From contig NW_002060944.1 of the NCBI RefSeq assembly GCF_000150275.1, positions 8,518,159 to 8,582,158 on the forward strand: 64,000 bases of DNA. The letters run 5' to 3'. The translations under genes were made by a program, and so were the position numbers. How positions within the stretch are numbered: the stretch's first letter is position 1; every line of letters starts with the position of its first letter. Positions 20,075 to 31,922 of the stretch are shown in pieces. Source of the stretch: Trichoplax adhaerens. Taxonomy: Eukaryota > Animalia > Placozoa. Below the pieces are notes generated by a model. The model had not been told where the DNA came from. It saw nothing but the letters and a program-made list of their open reading frames with translations, and did no database searches.

Positions 20075-20795
20075 ACTACTGGAAAGAAGGATTCAAAATG
20101 GAAGATTGAAAGTTAGAATAATGTAGTGTAAATATCCAATCCTGTGATCAACAATGATAGCAGAAAATGACAATTTCGTCACAATTTTGAATGAATAAAA
20201 AGTTTCCTCGTCGAATACACACTGATACTTGATACTGAGTGCAGAAATCGGTCATGAGATGAAGGTGGTCAAACACTTTTGCTCACGTACACCACTGGAT
20301 GGTGTATGGGTTGAAAAGCCGTGAATGAAATGGAGTAAAAACGCCACCCAAACCCGATCCAATGGTTGATTTTAGAACCCTAAATGAGTGCAATCGCTAT
20401 GCAAACACTGAATCAGTGCGGAATGACTTAAGATTACTAGAAAGAACGATTCAAAATAGTAGATTGAAAGATAGAATAATGTACTATAAATATCCACTCC
20501 TGTCATCAACAATGATAGCAGAGAATGACAATTTCATCACAGTTTTGAATGGGTAAAAGCTTTTCTCGTCGAATACACACTGATACTTAATACTGGAGTA
20601 CAGAAATCGGTCATGAGATGAAGGTGGTCAAACATTTCTGCTCATGTACACCACTGGATGATGGATGGGTTAAAGAGCCCTTAATGAACTTAAATGGAGT
20701 AAAAACGCCACCCAAACCCGATCCATTGGTTGATTTTCGAATCCTAAATGAGTGCAATCGCTATGCAAACACTGTCTCAGCGCGGAATTACTTAA
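20075..20795. repeat. Two-copy tandem duplication, unit about 358 bp, upstream of CUL1
   Basis: Shared blocks ctcgtcgaatacacactgatactt, cagaaatcggtcatgagatgaaggtggtcaaaca, aaatggagtaaaaacgccacccaaacccgatcca and ctaaatgagtgcaatcgctatgcaaacactg each occur twice. Confidence 0.92.
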
Positions 20796-21799
20796 CCCGA
20801 ATCCCTTCCCTTGAGTCGCGCTTTGCGTTGACATTGAAGGACGCTGGTGTGTTGGTATCACGTTAGTGTTGAAATGGCGGACGATTTGCTCTCGTCGTCT
20901 ATTATGATTACGAGTTCACCACAACTTCTCACTTTCAGTATTCTGTTTTTGACTATAGTAGCACAGCCACTTTTAGGCATACAATTTGCAGTATTGTAAG
21001 TCCATACAATTGATCGGCTCTCGCCGCCACTCGCACAAGTCCTGCTGTCGTACTCAGCCTTCGGGTACAATATTTGGCCAGCGAGACTCGATGACATTTG
21101 ATCAACTGCAAAACAATATTGATCCACGCAAGGGTTGAAATTTCTACCGTGGAAAACGCTCATTGTCATCTGTGCAATATTATTACTACACAGCATCAAG
21201 ATTACAGTTATGATATACAGTACTGCCTCATCACAATATGTCGGCCACATCAGCCACTATAGCATGACTATTTAGAAAAACCTCATAGTTTCTGATATAC
21301 GATTCTGAAAATTTCGTCTTGGCTTGACTTTTTAATTAACTAATGGGAATGAAACCCTACTACTTTATTTTGAAGCGAAACTTCATCCATTCATGATACA
21401 GGAAGTCAATTATTTTACAAAATGTAAACAAGTTACAATCCTTAAGTACACTGTTGTGCGCCGATACCCTATCATAAGTTGGCTTGGCAGTAGGATATAC
21501 GGTAATTAATTTATAACCAGTATTTCAATGATGAGGAAGTACTATAGTGGACGCTATTGAAAGGCCTACGCAATCAAAATGGGACAAATTAAATATGGAT
21601 TGCATCAAAATTCCCCTTAAGAAAATTCCATCCAGTACTACTATGCAAAACTAAGACTTCATGATAACAACATCACCATCAAAGCCAAAGAGCTACTCTA
21701 TCATGATGCATTTATTATTCCTTATGAAAATGGATCCAAAGTAGAGATATACGCTTACACAGTATAGTTAGACATGCTTTTGTACAGTCTCTAGTCTCT

Positions 21800-22450
21800 C
21801 TTCTCGTTCATGTCGAAGAAGAGGCCGGCAGTCAAACCTAGTACAATCTATAAATTACCAGAATGGAATCAATCCTGCCAGCGAAGTGAGGACTATTGCC
21901 TTAATCAACTACTGTATTATCAGAATGAAGTATGCCAAAAGTCTAAGATGAGGCTTGAATCTAGTAGCAATCTGAGACATGGACTTTTACAGTAGATCGC
22001 ACAAGTTTCCGTGACCAAGATATACAGCAGTGTAAACCAGTGACGTACACGAACTAGTTTGACGTAAGCTAGAATCAGCAATTACGAGCCTACACGCAAC
22101 ACAAAATGGTGAAAGAGAACAGCACCTTCGACATATCAATTCGCAAACTCTTCTAGCATAGAGAAAACGGCCGACAGTCAAACTTAGCACAATCCAAAAT
22201 CGATTCTACCGGTAAAGCGGGAAGGATTACGTTAATTAACCATCATCAGGATAAGATAGGAGAAAGAGTCTAAAACATGGTTTAAATTGAGTAATAATAG
22301 ACATAACTGTAGCATAAAATAGAAGCACTCTCGGCAACTATAGAATACTAATGGAATATAAACAGAATCAGCAAGTTGGCTACGCGGAACACAAAATGGA
22401 GAACCAGAGCCATACGTTCGACACCTTGATTTGTCCATTCTTCTATTCAT
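21800..22450. repeat. Diverged tandem duplication, unit about 300-345 bp
   Basis: ggccg(g/a)cagtcaaac(c/t)tag(t/c)acaatc at about 21823 and 22169; agaatcagcaa...aacacaaaatgg...ttcgaca at about 22071 and 22363. Confidence 0.7.
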
Positions 22451-25115
22451 CTATTGTACTCGTAGGTGCAGTACTGTATATGACTATGTTTAATTGAATA
22501 AATCATAAGCTAGACTGTATATAAGCGGGAGCATCGAGTCCGTAGAGAGTTCTTCTCATCGATTCTTTGTTATAGTACCGTTCCAGTTAAAATTATGTTG
22601 TAATAAAGCTTAAAAGAGTAGATCTTGCACTAGACTAAATACAGTAAAAGGTGGGGGGGGGGGGGGCATCCAGTCAATGGAGAATTCTTCTTGCCGATAG
22701 TGTACTGTAGATATCATTCCGGTTAAAATTTATTGTAGTAAAGCTTAATTCGGCTTTAACAATCCAGCTAGTCATACAGACTGTCAACTCTGAAAATGGC
22801 CTTTTCTACAGCCCCACATACGTAAAGCGCTAGAGTACGGGTTTTCGATTGATCCATATCACTCAGTATTTAATAGCTAGTACCTAAAATTACATAATCA
22901 GCATGAATCAGCCAAACATGATAGAGATGCTAACAAGCCAGATTAACTTTGTAACAAACGCTTAGATTGGCAAGTGTGACAATTTTTAACGCAGTTTTAC
23001 TTCATTTTAATTGTTGAAAATGCTCTAGGAATAATTAATTGAATCAAAATTAGATGATGGACTGAAAGTGATTACGGTTATTAATACTAATTTATCATAT
23101 CAACGCCTATGTTTATGATATCAGTGCGATATAAAATACAACACTTGCCATCTTGATATATCATAAGCGGTTACTGTACATAATAAAGTAACCACAAGTT
23201 GTAAAGAGTTACGATATTCCTATCCGGGACTTCTACGTAAGCAGGGGGGGGGGGAGGGACAAATAAGAGACCGAGTTAATATTATATCTATTCATCGCTA
23301 AAAAAGTGGTCAGATAATTGCAACCTTGATAGGATGCAGCTGTCGGAGATGGATTTCAATACAATCAAAACTAAATTTACTACCTTTGTATATTCATTAA
23401 AGAGTATTTATTTATTTGACATTATCCAACAATCAAATTAATCACAGTAGAATTTGAATAGAAATCAATATCATTTAAGATATAGCTACATCGATATTAA
23501 TACTTGTATAATCGCTATTCAATCCAAGATTGTATTATCTTTAGGCTGGACTAGGTGTCGTTGTTGCGAAATAATACAATCTTTCCAAGTTATACGAGAA
23601 GTTGTAATGCAGTAGGATTACTTTTAGCTAGATATTCCTTGTTGTCGTCCGCCTATTCGATCAATATTAGCGTCAAACTAACTAGATGCCAAACGTACTT
23701 ATATTTTACCAATATAAATACGAAATCAACCGCACGTGTCTCTGTAGTGATATCGATTTTTATAGCCCAGTAATAAAACATGCAATGATATATCAGAAAT
23801 TGTAGGTTAATTCCTAGCTATAATATGCTCAATTTATCCCATTGTAATTGTAATTAATCCGATAGAATTAAAGCTAATATTTGAAATAGATGACTGGCTT
23901 GGTAAATAAATTAGACGTGAATATACTGTTTTAATTTATCATTATAGATAAGTTTACCAATACAGCAATATCGGATCTGATGAAATAAATGATATCATAC
24001 AAGCGACTTAGATGCTACAATGGAGTGCATTCTATGATTTTCATACATGTGTCGTAGTGTCGCCGCAATTTGAATTAAAAATTTTGCATTTTTACATATG
24101 CATATGTAATTTATGTGATTTTTGAGCCTACAATCATCGTCAATTACTACTACTGGATGTTACTGTACTGATTCCGAAAGTAAAATGGAACAACTACAAA
24201 ATAAGAAATAAATCGATAACATAATTGATGGAAATTAAATCACCGTAACATCAAAACAGTAACCTAAGCCAGCACGATGGTGATCTTAGCAATAATTTTA
24301 AGCACAATCATCTTTAAGCCCAGCTATTGAGTAATTGTCTGCTTTAAAAAAATGAATTACTACAATAAGTATACAGTAGGTATCATGGTAAAACGATAGT
24401 TACAGAAATCAGCTGATACCTATATCAATTGTGATGTAACGAAGCACACCTATATCTTTCAACAAGGAATATCTATTTATATCAGACGTTTATAATTGCA
24501 ATGTTAACGGTAATGGTGATCGATCAAGGCTGACGATTGTTCTTAAAAATAGTAGACATAGTTATTGCTAAAAAGAATGATGAAAATCTTTGGAAATACT
24601 GATTAATATTGCATTGTTCGTTTAATTTTCGCCATTGTATTCTTGATCGATATCATGATATACATATACTCATATACGTCGCATATATATATTATATACG
24701 GCAAATGTCTAGATATATAGAGAGGTGCGGTATATTCTTGGATGTAATCTATAATTGCTATTGATAACAGCTGAATTGATTAGACAACAGCAAGCAAAAT
24801 GATTATTGAAGGACTAACATCACTACCATCTAAATAACAGCACCTGTACATTGTTTAACAATTAAATTCTAGTTAATTCTAGTCCTAACCTTAGGAATGA
24901 TGGCCTATAGTTAATTCTAACAGATATAAGATCCAGCATCAACTATAGAATAAGCCTTACAATGTATTACTTCTTTATATGTCAAATTATGTAAAATTTT
25001 TTTGTTTTATACAATTTTCTTTCGTTTTCTTCAAAACTTGTTCGTGTCTTCATCGATACAGATTGTTGTAGCCAATTTATGAGCTCGTATTCATATCACG
25101 CCACTGTTTACTTTT

Positions 25116-26725
25116 TTACGCTACGACAAAATAACTTTCAAGGCTGCGCTTGAGAATTTTTTGCTTTGTTTCATTTTGCCTTCTCCGATAGCGCTTGCAT
25201 ACGCATTTACGAACAACTGACGGGAAAGCATATTTCGTAGTACCATCAAAACAATTCATTTTAACGCGTATAGTTTTACGAAAATGGGCCACACAACGCC
25301 AAATATAGCGCTTGCTAGCGCTAACATCTTGTGGGATATTATTCGGTCTACAAGCGCCTTCGCATAGTAAATCTTTAATAGATCGCTTACTAATGCATAA
25401 GCCCTTCATAACATAGCGATGAATCTTCTTTCCATCGCAACAACTTGATGTATTTGCTAAACGATTGAGGAAAAAAATGAAAATAATTTAAAATGTGTCA
25501 AAAAAAATCCGACAAAATAAGAAAAATTCAAATCAGATGCATATCCTGCCAGCATAAGCCATAAACTAGTTACTCTCCCTCTTATCTATAAACGCATAGG
25601 CACTGGGAAGCAAAAATGTTTTTATAATATAAGGTAATAAAATGAAGCCCTTTAAAATAAACTTTTAAATATTAAATTCTTATTTAAAGTAACAAAAATT
25701 TGATCATCAAATTGACAGGTACTCTAGTTGGTTACAATTAAAATAAATTGGCCATGTCATAAAAGTAAAAAAGTGATAATATACTACAGGTATTAAATCT
25801 TGCTAGAAATCTAATATTGATATATCAAAATAGTCATTTAAGACTATTTACAATTCCAATCCTAAAATTCATCTAATATTTGACCTGGTTGAATGTCGGT
25901 GAACGACATGAATTGCGACGTTTGATGAATCTTAATTCTTAGATAGTAAAAATTATATGATAATTCTTACTTGGAGCACAATTTACTATCTTATGTTCAC
26001 AATATGAAAAATGCATTGCAATTTCTGGTAAACTTCTTACGTGTAATCGTCAATCAACAATCTAAATAATTTTTTTCGACATCTTTATCGCTTTAAGAAT
26101 TAAAACCTAGCAACACATTCTCAAAATGAAACTAATACGTGCAAATAGTTCATGCAAAGTGGCGATTTGATTAATAAGTATTATCCTTTCAAATAATATC
26201 TAAATTAATTAGCTATCATGTAATAGGAGATAATTTAATACACAGATTACAAAGCCCTTAAAATTAGTAAATTGTCAAAAAAAAATAAAAATCCGATCGT
26301 CAACACTTTCCAAACGTTTATGTTACAAATGGCAAAAATCTTCAATATGTCATGATTATCTAAGGCTATTACATCAGCCGCATTCAAGTCAACAAATGAT
26401 AGACCTAAGTTGGCATATTAATTACAAGATAAAATAAAAGTTTATTATCAACGTTGGTATAGAACAGAAAAATTGCGAAAAATTGTAGAACAAATTCAAG
26501 AGAGCAATGAAAAAAATACGGCATTTTTATGTACAGAAAATTTAGATCAGTTCACTTACCAATACTAGTGCATTTCTTTGTGAAAACTTGCTGTTCCTTT
26601 TTAGGTTTAACTTGATCCGGTGACTGAGTTGGTGGTGATAATTTAGACAAATCAATTTGGCCATCCACTGCTACAATCAATATAGCGAAGAAAAGGCACA
26701 AGCTAACTAGCATCAATTTGATCAT
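25116..26725 (-). CDS. SOSTDC1: Secreted sclerostin/SOSTDC1 (Wise)-family cystine-knot protein; exons 26560-26725 and 25116-25456 (about 168 aa)
   Basis: Exon 1 encodes a signal peptide, MIKLMLVSLCLFFAILIVAVDG|Q, and ends at a phase-1 G|gtaag donor. Exon 2 encodes CCDGKKIHRYVMKGLCISKRSIKDLLCEGACRPNNIP...WRCVAHFRKTIRVKMNCFDGTTK...VVRKCVCKRYRRRQNET, with CxGxC and CxC knot motifs. Residues match the SOST/SOSTDC1 pattern as recalled (RYVTDGPC..., WRCV...C.DG....CKCKRYTRQHNES). The symbol denotes the family, not a tested one-to-one orthology. Confidence 0.88.
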
Positions 26726-29700
26726 GGTCGGCCTGCTGTATCACTTATCGTATATAGAGGTGGAAATCGCTAGATGATAGCTATACTTTAATTTTCGAGA
26801 TGGTTGGATAATTGGCTTTCTACCAAGAAACAGCTATAGTAGTCCAACTGTCTTTTCTTCTATGTTAAAAGATGATCCTGTAAGTCAACTAGGGATCGAA
26901 TAACAAATAGAGTATTGATCTGACTGATATGCCTAAATAACGATATAATATCAAGGAATGGTCTAAATTGAAGTGGCAGAGTTGAGGAGATCAAAGTGTG
27001 ATCCGATGATGGCGTTGTCTGGTTAATATAAATTGATGGTAAGACAATAAAGTTAAAGTAGTCTGAGAAAATTTGAACTACGATAACAATAGCATTGATA
27101 AGGTAAGATCAAGATAACAAAATATCAGTAAGAAAAGTAATGTTGTCAATGATTATTGTGATATATAGATAAAATGATAGGTTAGGTTTTGATACAATTA
27201 TCACACCAATCTTTCTGAACTAGTCATAATCATACTTGTTGCCAATACAATGAGTTACCTAGCCAAGACTAAAGGAAAACAATTATACAATATTGTCTTA
27301 TTCAAAATCAACACCAGGTGAAAATTTAATGCGTCCTTATCTACGTTATTTACTTTTCTGGACATCAATGTTATCCATTCAATTACTGAAATAATTTCCA
27401 AGATGAATAAGGAGCCTTAACTAGTAACTGGAAGAGAAAACTATTATCATTATCGTCGTCGTTATTATTCCGCTGCTTGACTGTATTGCAAATAGCTAGG
27501 AATGCGGTAGACCAATTGATTTTCCCTTATTTTGATTTCCCAATTAAATACCCAAGCATTAACAGAGATAACTAGTGACTTATAATAGTAATTGTTTAAT
27601 TACAATTTAATTAACGATAAATTAGTAGGGGGTAGGCAAAGAGTTGTTTTTCTCTTTGATTCTACACCTACAAGCAAAAGGATATATTAGCAACTTACAT
27701 TTGGTATCGCTATAGATATTTACTAATTCAAAAAGAGTGCCATAATGTCTTCTATTTATATTTTACGGTAAACTTTCTTCATAAATAAATGCGATTTTAG
27801 AGCTAAAAATGGCAATATAGACTAGCAGTGGAACGATAAGCTAATCAATCAAATTTTATCATGACAGATTGACAATTTTTTTGACAACTTGTTAGTACAA
27901 CTTTTGCATATGAGATTAACTACAGATCACGCCAAAAAATAAGTTATTTACTAAACCTGATCTTATACGATAGGGCAACAACATGATTACATAGTAAATT
28001 GTATACTCAAACTACAAAATATTAAAAAAATATGATTTCATTTTCAGTAGCACAATTTACTTTTATTGTCGACTCAGCCATAAATGATAGTAGATTACAA
28101 TTTTGTACATAGTATAAAGCGTCTAAGCTAAGATGGATTATAGCGAGCAGATGGATGAAGTAAGAGAGCAGGTGGCGGATGGGCAAAGGCCATGAGAACG
28201 AGTATTAACTGTTGTAATAGTATAGAGAAGATAAGAGAAAAGGGTAAAAAATATGGAGTAATGTCATTCACATTAGGTATGTCTATCTGCAAAAATAGAT
28301 TTCCACTCAAGTGTAGCGTTATCAAATTTAATTTATAAAATTTCGATCTTAATTATTGAGAATTAAATAAGAGTATTAGATTATCTACGTTTCAATAGGT
28401 TGGATAGTTAATATCGATGATTAATTTAATTCATCGCTGAGGCTAGATAAGTTCCGCTTAATCAGGCTGGATATGTAGCCCTATGGGCTGCTTTATGGCT
28501 ATTTAATCAGTGATTATAAAATTCTATTATATCTCTATCTTATACTATTCATGTCTAGAAAATTTTCTCACACAATCTATAGTCATTTCTGACTTATTGA
28601 TGCTATTCTTGACGTCGATAGGGCATTTATCTCTTCAACCATTATCAAATACAATAAAATTATAATTGTACTTATAAAGAATTAATCAGAACCATATTAT
28701 TTTTATCGGTTCTAAATTAAATACAGAATGACTTTGATCAGTGATTGAATTCAATATTATCTTCCATGCAACAATTTTTCACGATTATCTTGTAACCTTT
28801 AAGGAATTATCTTACTCAAAATTATGATACCTCGCAATCTTCATTAAAAACTAATGAGATTACAACCCTTATCGTTGTATTAGCTTGTTCAATCCAATAT
28901 CACCAATTCGTTTTGATGTAAACCCACCTAGTGTAAACCACTATTATCGATAATATCTAAAATTTGGATATGGTTGGCTATGTTCAGTTTTGATGCCATT
29001 TAATCGCCTATCTAAAAGGTAGATTATATTATAATTTCAAAAAGTTTCAATTTTATCGTCCAATCAATAAGCAAGTAAACAAGTTTATTCCAAATTTTCA
29101 ACGACATAATCAAAATGTACTTCTTTCTTACTTGATGGCTAAGTAATGAATATTTTGATCAATTTCGTTATTTATTTGTTATCTCTACATCTAACCTAAG
29201 TTAAAGTAATATTATCATCGATCTTTTACTTTCTTTGTTTCTTCTTGATCGTCATAAAGTGGCAAAATAATAAGTCAAAAACATTAGACTTAATTAGCCG
29301 TGACATTAAGATATTATTTGCAACAATAACTCTAAATGAATAACGAATTGTATCGTTTTTATTCCTACCGAAATCAGGTGAAGGAAACTAGAGTAATCTA
29401 TTCTTAAATTGGCCAATCTTAAGAATTTAATAGCTTTAAAAATGATTCATACGGTATAAATTAAAATGAATTCAATAATAATACAGTTACTATGTCAACT
29501 GCCTTTATTGGCTTACTATGTGACGGCTTCTGAATTACCTTTGCCTAATAAGAATAAGATTGTTATTGCCTGAATTGAAAGCATTCAAAGCTCTTGAAAG
29601 TTATTCAACGAACCAAGCGGTCAGTAAGTGTTGTTAACCACTTTTAAACCGGATATAATAAAATTGCTATTGCGAAGGAATCACGAATCATCTGCTCTAG

Positions 29701-31611
29701 TCTTATTGTCCATAAATGATTGCAATTTTAATTAATCTAATTTATCAGACAGAATTCATGATTTGGATGCCAAGAAAATATGGATATGGAATGAATCAGC
29801 ATATTTTTTCCATTCGTTCAATTACAGCCAAGCATGTATTACTAAGTAGTTAATATTTGCACGCATTTTCAAAAATAATTTTTATTGAAAATAAGGCTAT
29901 TTGGTCAACATAGTACTATGTAACTATCAGCTATTCAATTCAATTCCATACATTTTATAATTACTGGCCAAACTTAAATTTATGGGCATAGTCCCACAGA
30001 CGCTATTAATTTTGGATTGAACCATACTAAACTATTGATATATTCAGGTATAAATTTGTCTTGATTAGATTTATGATGCTTGGGATGTTAATTGCTTATA
30101 TTAGATTCTTAACATAACTTACTATCAAGAACATGGAGATCTTATAAAGTATTACACTGCTTCTTTATTGAGCATTTAAAAGATCTGTAAAGACACCTAT
30201 TATATTGCTATAGTACAGGTGCTGCCGATTTCTATAGAAGAAAATAATATGAAAGATACTTTCGGTCTGTCTTAAGAATAAATTATTTCTTGGAATGAAA
30301 AAGACGGAGTTAAAGGCAAATAACTTACCATTGTTAGCAAGAACTTGTGTTTCAGTGATATAGCTCAGGTAATTACAAGATAATGAATAACGAGTGTAGT
30401 CAATTATCTAGAGTATACTTGTAAAATTCTTATAGAGATATTAATAACACAAACATTATGTAATTATTGATGAGAAGATGGGAAAGTATAAGGCAAGAGC
30501 TTGATACCTTTAATATATAGCAAGTATTCCTTATTATTATATAGTCAGTTTATTCCTACTCTCTCGATCATGCCACAAATACTGTATTACAGATAAGTGA
30601 TTTTAGTGAAGAAATTTTATAATCTACTTATATGCTAGGAATACTAAAAATCTATGATATCATAAAGGCAAGGCTAAAATATGTAGGATATGATATAAAT
30701 ACGGTGAATTCTTTATGTAAAATCGGCATTTTTAAAGAAAACTCTGAATTCATAGAGGGAGGCTATCGGAAATTTTGAAACGTACGATTAGGATTAATGC
30801 GACCTGGCATGAAACCGGTAGCGTATTAAAAGCTTCCGTGATGGGAAATAAAAGCTGAGAATTTTAATAACAAATAATTTCTGTCTAAATCGAATTCTAT
30901 GAGGAAGGCGAACCTTCATAAAATTGCAAAAGTCTTGTATACAATCACTTGTTGTTAATTTGATCTTGCAACATTTAACTATAGTATTCGTAATGATCAT
31001 CTATTCTAGCTTGCCCTTTAAATTATAACATCGAACCCACTAATGCTATTGTAGAAAATTTGCTGATCTATGTTCAGTGTTAAAATTTATATCATCAAGA
31101 AATTCCAGCTACGTATAATCGTGGCTTTGCATTTGTAATTTTTATTAAGTTCCATGTTTACCTATCCTATAGGGCCTTATAAAAGCGTTATTGAAGGTAT
31201 ATTAATATCGATCATTTATTAAAGTTCCTATATCTCGATCTATCATAACAAAGGTCGACTAGAATGTCAGCTAAATTCAAGTCTAAATAAAATTGCATCA
31301 AGATAATTTATTTGCAAACATGCAACAGATATTGTCATAGCTAAAGATTAACCGTTAGCTCAAAAATATAAGAGACTCTTTTAGAGCCATTATATTGATA
31401 ATCAAGAGCTTGAAACTGTACTACTCGCTTTGAGTAAAAACAAGCTACAATTTGTAAATAAACATCCCCATACTCTACATTGAATCGCTCATTTTTGTCT
31501 CGACGCTATATCAAGTTACAAAGATTAAAAGAGAAATTTGATTTTTTTAGCATTATTATAAATTCGATGTTAACATGTTTGTATTCTTTATAATGGAGTT
31601 GAAAAAAACTT

Positions 31612-31922
31612 TAGAAAATATTGAATATTATTCTGATTATGTTTCCAAATATAATGTCATATTTGCTACCAATTGTGCCATAGACAGGTGAAGAGTATTT
31701 ATAAAATACGGATGTCATGGCTAAAATATGTCGAAATAATGTTAACGTTATTGACTTCCGAAGTATATTGAAATAGCCTATCGTAAAATATTGAATATTG
31801 ATATAACTGTTATATTTGCGATCGATTGTATCAGAACCAGGTGAAAAATTATTCTAAAGCTGGGAAGTTATTGCTACAATCTATCAAAGTATTGTTGATG
31901 TTGTCATCTTTCGAAGTATATC
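31612..31922. repeat. Diverged two-copy tandem duplication, unit about 170 bp
   Basis: aaaatattgaatatt...atatttgc...caggtgaa...cgaagtatat occurs twice (about 31615 and 31785). Confidence 0.65.

Noticed and set aside
20362-20866. ORFs sharing VDFRxLNECNRYANT
   Set aside because: The similarity follows from the 358-bp DNA duplication; frames are broken by indels and stops between copies
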